In this document: positions 1 to 16,335 of the stretch, one piece after another
How the letters are laid out: each line of letters starts with the position of its first letter
Numbering within the stretch: the stretch's first letter is position 1
Assembly: GCF_009914755.1 (NCBI RefSeq)
Contig: NC_060937.1
Strand: one strand, 5' to 3'
From: the human T2T-CHM13v2.0 reference genome, Homo sapiens
Length of the DNA stretch: 64,000 nucleotides
Made by a program: the position numbers and the translations under genes
Notes under the pieces: generated by a model
Database searches by the model: none
Told to the model about the DNA's origin: nothing
What the model saw: the letters and a program-made list of their open reading frames with translations, nothing else

Positions 1-1033
1 ATCAAATATAGATTATATACTGTACATAAAATATCAAAGTACCCCAAATATATATTATATACTCTACATGAAATATCAAACTTCAGAATCTATATATTAT
101 ATACTGTAGAGAAAATATTAAAGTACCCAACGTATATATTCTATACTGTACAAAAAATATCAAAGTATGCAAAGCATGTATTATATACTGTACATAAAAT
201 ATGAAAGTACATCAAATATATATTTTATTCTGTACATAAAATATCAAAGTACACCAGATATATATTTTATCGTGTACATAAAATATCAAAGTACCCAAAC
301 TATACATTATATACTGTACATAAAATATGAAATTACATCAAATATATATTATATTAGGTACATAAAATATGAAAGTAGATCAAATATAGATTATTAACTG
401 TACATAAAATATCAAAGAACCCCAAATATATATTATATACTGTACATGAAATATCAAACTTCACAAACTATATATTATATACTGTACATAAAATATCAAA
501 GTACCGAAGGTATATATTCTATACTGTACAAAAAATATCAAAGTACCCAAAGCATGTATTATATACTGTACATAAAATATGAAAGTACATCAAATATATA
601 TTTTATTCTGTACATATAATATCAAAGTACACCAGATATATATTTTATAGTGTACATAAAATATCAAAGTACCCAAACTATACATTATATACTCCACATA
701 AAATATGAAATTACATCAAATATATATTATATTAGGTACATAAAATATGAAAGTACATCAAATATAGATTATATACTGTACATAAAATATAAAAGAACCC
801 CAAATATATATTATATACTGTACTTGAAATATCAAACTTCACAAACTATATATTATATACTGTACATAAAATATCAAAGTACCCAAGGTATATATTCTAT
901 ACTGTACAAAAAATATCAAAGTACAAAACGCATGTATTATATACTGTACATAAAATATGAAAGTACATCAAATATATATTATATTAGGTACATAAAATAT
1001 GAAAGTACATCAAATATAGATTATATACTGTAC
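1..1033 (+). repeat. Left 378-bp 9-mer HOR domain (tail end)
   Basis: A monomers start at 68, 446 and 824 (378-bp spacing) in order ABCDEFGHI. The last unit is truncated (A B C D/G H). Local variants include caaacttca in A, accagata in E and aaagaacccc in I. Confidence 0.85.
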
Positions 1034-4000
1034 ATAAAATATCAAAGTACCCAAATATATATCATATACTGTACATGTAATATCAAGTTACCCAAACTAT
1101 ACATTACATACTGTACATAAAATATGAAATTACATCAAATATATATTATATTAGGTACATAAAATATGAAATTACATCAAATATATATTAAATTAGGTAT
1201 GTAAAATATGAAAGTACATCAAATATAGATTATATACTGTACATAAAATACCAAAGTACCCCAAATATATATTTTATACTGTACATGAAATATCAATGTT
1301 CTCAAACTCTATATTATATACTGCACATAAAATATCAAAGTACCCAAGGTATATATTCCATACTGTACATAAAATATCAAAGTACCCAAAGCATATATTA
1401 TATGCTGTCCATAAAATATGAAAGTATATCAAATATATATTTTATTCTGTACATAAAATATCAAAGTACACCAAATATATATTCTATACTGTACATAAAA
1501 TATCAAGGTACCCAATCTATACATTATATACTGTACATAAAATATGAAATTACATCAAATATATATTATATTAGGTACATAAAATATGAAAGTACATCAA
1601 ATATAGATTCTATACTGTACATAAAATATCAAAGTACCCAAATATATATCATATACTGTACATGAAATATCAAAGTTCACAAACTATACGTTATATACTG
1701 TACATGAAATATGAAATTACATCAAATATATATTTTAGTAGGTATGTAAAATATGAAAGTACATCAAATATAGATTATCTAGTGTACATAAAATACCAAA
1801 GTACCCCAAATATATATTTTATACTGTACATGAAATATCAAGGTACCCAAACTATACATTATATACTGTACATAAAATATGAAATTACATCAAATTGAGA
1901 TTATATTAGGTACATAAAATATGAAATTACATCAAATATATATTATATTAGGTATGTAAAATATAAAAGTACATCAAATATAGATTATATACTGTACATA
2001 AAATACCAAAGTACCCCAAATATATATTTTATACTGTACATGAAATATCAACGTTCTCAAACTATATATTATATACTGCACATAAAATATCAAAGTACCC
2101 AAGCTATATATTCCATACTGTACAAAAAATATCAAAGTACCCAAAGCATATATTATATGCTACACATAAAATATGAAAGTACATCAAATATATATTTTAT
2201 TCTGTACATAAAATATCAAAGTACACCAAATATATATTCTATACTGTACATAAAATATCAAGGTACCCAAACTATACATTATATTCTGTACATAAAATAT
2301 GAAATTACATCAAATATATATTATATTAGGTACATAAAATATGAAAGTACATCAAATATAGATTATATACTGTACATAAAATATCAAAGTACCCAAATAT
2401 ATATCATATACTGTACATGAAATATCAAAGTTCACAAACTATATATTATATACAGTACATAAAATATCAAAGTACCCAAACTATACATTATATACTGTAC
2501 ATAAAATATGAAATTGCATCAAATATATATTATATTAGGTATGTAAAATATGAAAGTACATCAAATATAGATTATATACTGTACATAAAATACCAAAGTA
2601 CCCCAAATATATATTTTATACTGTACATGAAATATCAAAGTACTCAAACTATATATTATATACTGAACATAAAATATCAAAGTACACAAGGTATATATTC
2701 CATACTGTACAAAAAATATCAAAGTACCCAAAGCATATATTATATGCTGTACATAAAATATGAAAGTACATGAAATATATATTTTATTCTCTACATAAAA
2801 TATCAAAGTACACCAAATATATATTCTATACTGTAAATAAAATATCAAGGTACCCAAACTATACATTATATACTGTACATAAAATATGAAATTACATCAA
2901 ATATATATTATATTAGGTACATAAAATATGAAAGTACATCAAATATAGATTATATACTGTACATAAAATATCAAAGTACCCAAATATATATCATATACTG
3001 TACATGAAATATCAAAGTTCACAAACTATATATTATATACTGCACATAAAATATCAAAGTACCCAAACAATACATTATATACTGTACATAAAATATGAAA
3101 TTACATCAAATATATATTATATTAGGTATGTAAAATATGAAAGTACATCAAATATAGATTATATACTGTACATAAAATACCAAAGTACCCCAAATATATA
3201 TTTTATACTGTACATGAAATATCAAAGCTCTCAAAATATATATTATATACTGCACATAAAATATCAAAGTACCCAAGGTATATATTCCATAATGTACAAA
3301 AAATATCAAAGTACCCAATGCATATATTATATGCTGTACATAAAATATGAAAGTACATCAAATATATATTTTATTCTGTACATAAAATATCAAAGTGCAC
3401 CAAATATATATTCTATACTGTACATAAAATATCAAGGTACCCAAACTATACATTATATACTGTACATAAAATATGAAATTACATCAAATATATATTATAT
3501 TAGGTATGTAAAATATGAAAGTACATCAAATATAGATTATATACTGTACATAAAATATCAAAGTACCCAAATATATATCATATACTGTACATGAAATATC
3601 AAAGTTCACAAACTATATATTATATACTGTACATAAAATATCAAAGTACCCAAACTATACATTATATACTGAACATAAAATATGAAATTACATCAAATAT
3701 ATATTTTATTAGGTATGTAAAATATGAAAGTACATCAAATACAGATTATATACTGTACATAAAATACCAAAGTACCCCAAATATATATTTTATACTGTAC
3801 ATGAAATATCAAAGTTCTCAAACTATATATTATATACTGCACATAAAATATCAAAGTACCCAAGGTATATATTCCATACTGTACAAAAAAATGTCAAAGT
3901 ACCCAAAGCATATATTATATGCTGTACATAAAATATGAAAGTACATCAAGTATATATTTTATTCTGTACATAAAATATCAAAGTACACCAAGTATATATT

Positions 4001-7000
4001 CTATACTGTACATAAAATATCAAGGTACCCAAACTATACATTATATACTGTATATAAGATATGAAATTACATCAAATATATATTATATTATGTACGTAAA
4101 ATATGAAAGTACATCAAATATAGCTTATATACTGTACATAAAATATCAAAGTACCCAAATATATATCATATACTGTACATGAAATATCAAAGTTCACACA
4201 CTATATATTATATACTGTACATAAAATATCAAAGTACCCAAACTATACATTATATACTGTACATAAAATATGAAATTACATCAAATATATATTTTATTAG
4301 GTATGTAAAATATGAAAGTACATCAAATATAGATTATATACTGTACATAAAATACCAAAGTACCCCAAATATATATTTTATACTGTACATGAAATATCAA
4401 AGTTCTCAAACTATATATTATATACTGCACATAAAATATCAAAGTACCCAAGGTATATATTCCATACTGTACAAAAAATATCAAAGTACCCAAAGCATAT
4501 ATTATATGCTGTACATAAAATATGAAAGTAAATGAAATATATATTTTATTCTCTACATAAAATATCAAAGTACACCAAATATATATTCTATACTGTACAT
4601 AAAATGTCAAGTTACCCAAACTATACATTATATACTGTACATAAAATATGAAATTACATCAAATATATATTATATTAGGTACATAAAATATGAAAGTACA
4701 TCAAATATAGATTATATACTGTACATAAAATATCAAAGTACCCAAATATATATCATATACTGTACATGAAATATCAAAGTTCACAAACTATATATTATAT
4801 ACTGTACATAAAATATCAAAGTACCCATACTATACATTACATACTGTACATAAAATATGAAATTACATCAAATATATATTTTATTAGGTATGTAAAATAT
4901 GAAAGTACATCAAATATAGATTATATACTGTACATAAAATACCAAAGTACCACAAATATATATTTTATACTGTACATGAAATATCAAAGTTCTCAAACTC
5001 TATATTATATACTGCACATAAAATATCAAAGTACCCAAGGTATATATTCCATACTGTACAAAAAATATCAAAGTACCCAAAGCATATATTATATGCTGTA
5101 CATAAAATATGAAAGTACATGAAATATATATTTTATTCTATACATAAAATATCAAAGTACACCAAATATATATTCTATACTGTACATAAAATATCAAGGT
5201 ACCCAAACTATACATTATATACTGTACATAAAATATGAAATTACATCAAATATATATTATATTAGGTACATAAAATATGAAAGTACATCAAATATAGATT
5301 CTATACTGTACATAAAATATCAAAGTACCCAAATATATATCATATACTGTACATGAAATATCAAAGTTCACAAACTATATATTATATACCGTACATAAAA
5401 TATCAAAGTACCCAAACTATACATTATATTCTGTACTTAAAATATGAAATTACATCAAATATATTTTATTAGGTACGTAAAATATGAAAGTACATCAAAT
5501 ATAGATTATATACTGTACACAAAATACCAAAGTACCCCAAATATATATTTTATACTGTACATGAAATATCAAAGTTCTCAAACTATATATTATATACTGC
5601 ACATAAAATATCAAAGTACACAAGGTATATATTCCATACTGTACAAAAAATATCAAAGTACCCAAAGCATATATTATATGCTGTACCTAAAATATGAAAA
5701 TACATCAAATATATGTTTTATTCTGTAGATAAAATATCAAAGTACACCAAATATATATTCTATACTGTACATAAAATATCAAGGTACCCAAACTATACAT
5801 TATATACTGTACATAAAATATGAAATTACATCAAATATATATTATATTAGGTACATAAAATATGAAAGTACATCAAATATAGATTATATACTGTACATAA
5901 AATATCAAAGTACCCAAATATATATCATATACTGTACATGAAATATCAAAGTTCACAAACTATATATTATATACTGTACATAAAATATCAAAGTACCCAA
6001 ACTATACATTATATACTGTACATAAAATATGAAATTACATCAAATATATATTATATTAGGTATGTAAAATATGAAAGTACATCAAATATAGATTATATAC
6101 TGTACATAAAATACCAAAGTACCCCAAATATATATTTAATACTGTACATGAAATATCAAAGTTCTCAAACTATATATTATATACTGCACATAAAATATCA
6201 AAGTACCCAAGGTATATATTCCATACTGTACAAAAAATATCAAAGTACCCAAAGCATATATTATATGCTGTACATAAAATATGAAAGTACATCAAATATA
6301 TATTTTATTCTGTACATAAAATATCAAAGTACACCAAATATATATTCTATACTTTACATAAAATATCAAGGTACCCAAACTATACATTATATACTGTACA
6401 TAAAATATGAAATTACATCAAATATATATTATATTAGGTACATAAAATATGAAAGTACATCAAATATAGATTATATACTGTACATAAAATATCAAACTAC
6501 CCAAATATATATCATATACTGTACATGAAATATCAAGGTACCCAAACTATACATTATATACTGTACATAAAATATGAAATTACATCAAATATATATTAGA
6601 TTAGGTATATAAAATATGAAATTACATCAAATATATATTATATTAGGTATGTAAAATATGAAAGTAAATCAAATATAGATTATATACTGTACATAAAATA
6701 CCAAAGTACCCCAAATATATATTTTATACTGTACATGAAATATCAAAGTTCTCAAACTATATATTATATACTGCAAATAAAATATAAAAGTACCCAAGGT
6801 ATATATTCCATACTGTACAAAAAATATCAAAGTACCCAAAGCATATATTATATGCTGTACAGAAAATATGAAAGTACATCAAATATATATTTTACTCTGT
6901 ACATAAAATATCAAAGTACACCAAATATATATTCTATACTGTACATAAAATATCAAGGTACCCAAACTATACATTATATACTGTACATAAAATATGAAAT

Positions 7001-10000
7001 TACATCAAATATATATTATATTAGGTACATAAAATATGAAAGTACATCAAATATAGATTATATACTGTACATAAAATATCAAAGTACCCAAATATATATC
7101 ATATACTGTACATGAAATATCAAAGTTCACAAACTATATATTATATACTGTACATAAAATATCAAAGTACCCAAACTATACATTATATACTGTACATAAA
7201 ATATGAAATTACATCAAATATATATTTTATTAGGTATGTAAAATATGAAAGTACATCAAATATAGATTATATACTGTACATAAAATACCAAAATACCCCA
7301 AAAATATATTTTATACTGTACATGAAATATCAAAGTTCTCAAACTATATATTATATACTGCACATAAAATATCAAAGTACCCAAGCTATATATTCCATAC
7401 TGTACAAAAAATATCAAAGTACCCAAAGCATATATTATATGCTGTACATAAAATATGAAAGTACATCAAATATATATTTTATTCTGTACATAAAATATCA
7501 AAGTGCACCAAATATATATTCTATACTGTACATAAAATATCAAGGTACCAAAACTATACATTATATACTGTACATAAAATATGAAATTACATCAAATATA
7601 TATTATATTAGGTACATAAAATATGAAAGTACATCAAATATAGATTATATACTGTACATAAAATATCAAAGTACCCAAATATATATCATATACTGTACAT
7701 GAAATATCAAAGTTCACAAACTATATATTATATACTGTACATAAAATATCAAAGTACCCAAAGTATACATTATATACTGTACATAAAATATGAAATTACA
7801 TCAAATATATATTATATTAGGTATGTAAAATATGAAAGTACATCAAATATAGATTATATACTGTACATAAAATACCAAAGAACCCCAAATATATATTTTA
7901 TACTGTACATGAAATATCAAAGTTCTCAAAATTTATATTATATACTGCACATAAAATATCAAAGTACCCAAGGTATATATTCCATACTGTACAAAAAATA
8001 TCAAAGTACCCAAAGCATATATTATATGCTGTACATAAAATATGAAAGTACATCAAATATATATTTTATTCTGTACATAAAATATCAAAGTACACCAAAT
8101 AAATATTCTAAACTGCACATAAAATATAAAAGTACCCAAACTATACATTATATACTGTACATAAAATATGAAATTACATCAAATATATATTATATTAGGT
8201 ACATAAAATATGAAAGTACATCAAATATAGATTATATACTGTACATAAAATATCAAAGTACCCAAATATATATCATATACTGTACATGAAATATCAAAGT
8301 TCACAAACTATATATTATATACTGTACATAAAATATCAAAGTACCCAAACTATACATTACATACGGTACATAAAATATGAAATTACATCAAATATATATT
8401 TTATTAGGTATGTAAAATATGAAAGTACATCAAATATAGATTATATACTGTACATAAAATACCAAAGTACCACAAATATATATTTTATACTGTACATGAA
8501 ATATCAAAGTTCTCAAACTCTATATTATATACTGCACATAAAATATCAAAGTACCCAAGGTATATATTCCATACTGTACAAAAAATATCAAAGTACCCAA
8601 AGCATATATTATATGCTGTACATAAAATATGAAAGTACATGAAATATATATTTTATTCTATACATAAAATATCAAAGTACACCAAATATATATTCTATAC
8701 TGTACATAAAATATCAAGGTACCCAAACTATACATTATATACTGTACATAAAATATGAAATTACATCAAATGTATATTATATTAGGTACATAAAATATGA
8801 AAGTACATCAAATATAGATTCTATACTGTACATAAAATATCAAAGTACCCAAATATATATCATATACTGTACATGAAATATCAAAGTTCACAAACTATAT
8901 ATTATATACCGTACATAAAATATCAAAGTACCCAAACTATACATTATATTCTGTACTTAAAATATGAAATTACATCAAATATATTTTATTAGGTACGTAA
9001 AATATGAAAGTACATCAAATATAGATTATATACTGTACACAAAATACCAAAGTACCCCAAATATATATTTTATACTGTACATGAAATATCAAAGTTCTCA
9101 AACTATATATTACATACTGCCCATAAAATACCAAAGTACCCAAGGTATATATTCCATACTGTACAAAAAATATCAAAGTACCCAAAGCATATATTATATG
9201 CTGTACCTAAAATATGAAAATACATCAAATATATGTTTTATTCTGTAGATAAAATATCAAAGTACACCAAATATATATTCTATACTGTACATAAAATATC
9301 AAGGTACCCAAACTATACATTATATACTGTACATAAAATATGAAATTACATCAAATATATATTATATTAGGTACATAAAATATGAAAGTACATCAAATAT
9401 AGATTATATACTGTACATAAAATATCAAAGTACCCAAATATATATCATATACTGTACATGAAATATCAAAGTTCACAAACTATATATTATATACTGTACA
9501 TAAAATATCAAAGTACCCAAACTATACATTATATACTGTACATAAAATATGAAATTACATCAAATATATATTATATTAGGTATGTAAAATATGAAAGTAC
9601 ATCAAATATAGATTTTATACTGTACATAAAATACCAAAGTACCCCAAATATATATTTTATACTGTACATGAAATATCAAAGTTCTCAAACTATATATTAT
9701 ATACTGCAAATAAAATATCAAAGTACCCAAGGTATATATTCCATACTGTACAAAAAATATCAAAGTACCCAAAGCATGTATTATATGCTGTACAGAAAAT
9801 ATGAAAGTACATCAAATATATATTTTACTCTGTACATAAAATATCAAAGTACACCAAATATATATTCTATAATGTACATAAAATATCAAGGTACCCAAAC
9901 TATACATTATATACTGTACATAAAATATGAAATTACATCAAATATATATTATATTAGGTACATAAAATATGAAAGTACATCAAATATAGATTATATACTG

Positions 10001-13000
10001 TACATAAAATATCAAAGTACCCAAATATATATCATATACTGTACATGAAATATCAAAGTTCACAAACTATATATTATATACTGTACATAAAATATCAAAG
10101 TACCCAAACTATACATTATATACTGTACATAAAATATGAAATTACATCAAACATATATTTTATTAGGTATGTAAAATATGAAAGTACATCAAATAGAGAT
10201 TATATACTGTACATAAAATACCAAAGTACCCCAAAAATATATTTTATACTGTACATGAAATATCAAAGTTCTCAAACTCTATATTATATACTGCACATAA
10301 AATATCAAAGTACCCAAGCTATATATTCCATACTGTACAAAAAATATCAAAGTACCCAAAGCATATATTATATGCTGTACATAAAATATGAAAGTACATC
10401 AAATATATATTTTATTCTGTACATAAAATATCAAAGTGCACCAAATATATATTCTATACTGTACATAAAATATCAAGGTACCCAAACTATACATTATATA
10501 CTGTACATAAAATATGAAATTACATCAAATATATATTATATTAGGTACATAAAATATGAAAGTACATCAAATATAGATTCTATACTGTACATAAAATATC
10601 AAAGTACCCAAATATATATCATATACTGTACATGAAATATCAAAGTTCACAAACTATATATTATATACTGTACATAAAATATCAAAGTACCCAAACTATA
10701 CATTATATTCTGTACTTAAAATATGAAATTACATCAAATATATTTTATTAGGTACGTAAAATATGAAAGTACATCAAATATAGATTATATACTGTACACA
10801 AAATACCAAAGTACCCCAAATATATATTTTATACAGTACATGAAATATCAAAGTTCTCAAACTATATATTACATACTGCACATAAAATATCAAAGTACCC
10901 AAGGTATATATTCCATACTGTACAAAAAATATCAAAGTACCCAAAGCATATATTATATGCTGTACCTAAAATATGAAAATACATCAAATATATGTTTTAT
11001 TCTGTAGATAAAATATCAAAGTACACCAAATATATATTCTATACTGTACATAAAATATCAAGGTACCCAAACTATACATTATATACTGTACATAAAATAT
11101 GAAATTACATCAAATATATATTATATTAGGTACATAAAATATGAAACTACATCAAATATAGATTATATACTGTACATAAAATATCAAAGTACCCAAATAT
11201 ATATCATATACTGTACATGAAATATCAAAGTTCACAAACTATATATTATATACTGTACATAAAATATCAAAGTATCCAAACTATACATTATATACTGTAC
11301 ATAAAATATGAAATTACATCAAATATATATTATATTAGGTATGTAAAATATGAAAGTACATCAAATATAGATTATATACTGTACATAAAATACCAAAGTA
11401 CCCCAAATATATATTTAATACTGTACATGAAATATCAAAGTTCTCAAACTATATATTATATACTGCACATAAAATATCAAAGTACCCAAGGTATATATTC
11501 CATACTGTACAAAAAATATCAAAGTACCCAAAGCATATATTATATGCTGTACATAAAATATGAAAGTACATCAAATATATATTTTATTCTGTACATAAAA
11601 TATCAAAGTACACCAAATATATATTCTATACGTTACATAAAATATCAAGGTACCCAAACTATACATTATATACTGTACATAAAATATGAAATTACATCAA
11701 ATATATATTATATTAGGTACATAAAATATGAAAGTACATCAAATATAGATTATATACTGTACATAAAATATCAAACTACCCAAATATATATCATATACTG
11801 TACATGAAATATCAAGGTACCCAAACTATACATTATATACTGTACATAAAATATGAAATTACATCAAATATATATTAGATTAGGTATATAAAATATGAAA
11901 TTACATCAAATATATATTATATTAGGTATGTAAAATATGAAAGTACATCAAATATAGATTATATACTGTACATAAAATACCAAAGTACCCCAAATATATA
12001 TTTTATACTGTACATGAAATATCAAAGTTCTCAAACTGTATATTATATAGTGCACATAAAATATCAAAGTACCCAAGGTATATATTCCATACTGTACAAA
12101 AAATATCAAAGTACCCAAAGCATATATTATTTGCTGAACATAAAATATGAAAGTTCATCAAATATATATTTTATTCTGTACATAAAATATCAAAGTACAC
12201 CAAATATATATTCTATACTGTACATAAAATATCAAGGTACCCAAACTATACATTATATACTGTACAAAAAAAATGAAATTACATCAAATATATATTATAT
12301 TAGGTACATAAAATATGAAAGTACATCAAATATAGATTATATACTGTACATAAAATATCAAAGTACCCAAATATATATCATATACTGTACATGAAATATC
12401 AAAGTTCACAAACTATATATTATATACTGTACATAAAATATCAAAGTACCCAAACTATACATTATATACTGTACATAAAATATGAAATTACATCAAATAT
12501 ATATTTTATTAGGTATGTAAAATATGAAAGTACATCAAATATAGATTATATACTGTACATAAAATACCAAAGTACCCCAAATATATATTTAATTCTGTAC
12601 ATGAAATATCAAAGTTCTCAAACTGTATATTATATACTGCACATAAAATATCAAAGTACCCAAGGTATATATTCCATACTGTACAAAAAATATCAAAGTA
12701 CCCAAAGCATATATTATATGCTGTACATAAAATATGAATGTACATCAAATATATATTTTATTCTGTACATAAAATATCAAAGTACACCAAATATATATTC
12801 TATACTGTACATAAAATATCAAGGTACCCAAACTATACATTATATACTGTACATAAAAAACGAAATTACATCAAATATATATTATATTAGGTACATAAAA
12901 TATGAAAGTACATCAAATATAGATTATATACTGTACATAAAATATCAAAGTACCCAAATATATATCATATACTGTACATGAAATATCAAAGTTCACAAAC

Positions 13001-16000
13001 TATATATTATATACTGTACATAAAATATCAAAGTACCCACACTATACATTATATACTGTACATAAAATATGAAATTACATCAAATATATATTATATTAGG
13101 TATGTAAAATATGAAAGTACATCAAATATAGATTATATATTCTGTACATAAAATACCAAAGTACCCCAAATATATATTTTATACTGTACATGAAATATCG
13201 AAGTTCTCAAACTATATATTATATACTGCACCTAAAATATCAAAGTACCCAAGGTATATATTCCATACTGTACAAAAAATATCAAAGTACCCAAAGCATA
13301 TATTATATTCTGTACATAAAATATGAAAGTACATCAAATATATATTTTATTCTGTACATAAAATTTCAAAGTACACCAAATATATATTCTATACTGTACA
13401 TAAAATATCAAGGTACCCAAACTATACATTATATACTGTACATAAAATATGAAATTACATCAAAAATATATTATATTAGGTACATAAAATATGAAAGTAC
13501 ATCAAATATAGATTATATACTGTACATAAAATATCAAAGTACCCAAATATATATCATACACTGTACATGAAATATCAAAGTTCACAAACTATATATTATA
13601 TACTGTACATAAAATATCAAAGTACCCAAACTATACATTATATACTGTACATAAAATATGAAATTACATCAAATATATATTTTATTAGGTATGTAAAATA
13701 TGAAAGTACATCAAATATAGATTATATACTGTACATAAAATACCAAACTACCCCAAATATATATTTTATACTGTACATGAAATATCAAAGTTCTCAAACT
13801 ATATATTATATACTGCACAGAAAATATCAAAGTACCCAAGGTATATATTCCATACTGTACAAAAAATATCAAAGTACCCAAAGCATATATTATATGCTGT
13901 ACATAAAATATGAAAGTACATCAAATATATATTTTATTCTGTACATAAAATATCAAAGTACACCAAATATATATTCTATACTGTACATAAAATATCAAGG
14001 TACCCAAACTATACATTATATACTGTACATAAAATATGAAATTACATCAAATATATATTATATTAGGTACATAAAATATGAAAGTACATCAAATATAGAT
14101 TATATACTGTACATAAAATATCAAAGTACCCAAACTATACATTATATACTGTACATAAAAGATGAAATTACATCAAATATATATTATATTAGGTATGTAA
14201 AATATGAAAGTACATCAAATATAGATTATATACTGTACATAAAATACCAAAGTACCCCAAATATATATTTTATACTGTACATGAAATATCAAAGTTCTCA
14301 AACTATATATTATATACTGCACATAAAATATCAAAGTACCCAAGGTATATATTCCATACTGTACAAAAAATATCAAAGTACCCAAAGCATATATTATATG
14401 CTGTACATAAAATATGAAAGTACATCAAATATATATTTTATTCTGTACATAAAATATCAAAGTACACCAAATATATATTCTATACTGTACATAAAATATC
14501 AAGGTACCCAAACTATACATTATATACTGTACATAAAATATGAAATTACATCAAATATATATTATATTAGGTACATAAAATATGAAAGTACATCAAATAT
14601 AGATTATATACTGTACATAAAATATCAAAGTACCCAAATATATATCATATACTGTACATGAAATATCAAAGCTCACACACTATATATTATATACTGTACA
14701 TAAAATATCAATGTACCCAAACTATACTTTATATACTGTACATAAAATATGAAATTACATCAATTATATATTATATTAGGTATGTAAAATATGAAAGTAC
14801 ATCAAATAGAGGTTATATACTGTACATAAAATACCAAAGTACCCCAAATATATATTTTATACTGTACATGAAATATCAAAGTTCTCAAACTATATATTAT
14901 ATACTGCACATAAAATATCAAAGTACCCAAGGTATATATTCCATAATGTACAAAAAATATCAAAGTACCCAAAGCATATATTATATGCTGTACATAAAAT
15001 ATGAAAGTAGATGTAATATATATTTTATTCTCTACATAAAATATCAAAGTACACCAAATATATATTCTATACTGTACATAAAATATCAAGGTACCCAAAC
15101 TATACATTATCTACTGTACATAAAATATGAAATTACATCAAATATATATTATATTAGGTACATAAAATATGAAAGTACATCAAATATAGATTATATACTG
15201 TACATAAAATATCAAGGTACCCAAATATATATCATATACTGTATATGAAATATCAAAGTTCACAAACTATATATTATATACTGTACATAAAATAGCAAAG
15301 TACCCAAACTATACATTATATACTGTACATAAAAGATGAAATTACATCAAATATATATTATCTTAGGTATGGAAAATATGAAAGTACATCAAATATAGAT
15401 TATATACTGTACATAAAATACCAAAGTACCCCAAATATATATTTTATACTGTACATGAAATATCGAAGTTCTCAAACTATATATTATATACTGCACATAA
15501 AATATCAAAGTACCCAAGGTATATATTCCATACTGTACAAAAAATATCAAAGTACCCAAAGCATATATTATATGCTGTACATAAAATATGAAAGTACATG
15601 AAATATATATTTTATTCTGTACATAAAATATCAAAGTACACCAAATATATATTCTATACTGTACATAAAATATCAAGGTACCCAAACTATACATTATATA
15701 CTGTACATAAAATATGAAATTACATCAAATATATATTATATTAGGTACATAAAATATGAAAGTACATCAAATATAGATTATATACTGTACATAAAATATC
15801 AAAGTACCCAAACTATACATTATATACTGTACATAAAATATGAAATTACATCAAATATATATTATATTAGGTATGTAAAATATGAAAGTACATCAAATAT
15901 AGATTATATACTGTACATAAAATACCAAAGTACCCCAAATATATATTTTATACTGTACATGAAATATCAAAGTTCTCAAACTATATATTATATACTGCAC

Positions 16001-16335
16001 ATAAAATATCAAAGTACCCAAGGTATATATTCCATACTGTACAAAAAATATCAAAGTACCCAAAGCATATATTATATGCTGTACATAAAATATGAAAGTA
16101 CATCAAATATATATTTTATTCTGTACATAAAATATCAAAGTACACCAAATATATATTCTATACTGTACATAAAATATCAAGGTACCCAAACTATACATTA
16201 TATACTGTACATAAAATATGAAATTACATCAAATATATATTATATTAGGTACATAAAATATGAAAGTACATCAAATATAGATTATATACTGTACATAAAA
16301 TATCAAAGTACCCAAATATATATCATATACTGTAC

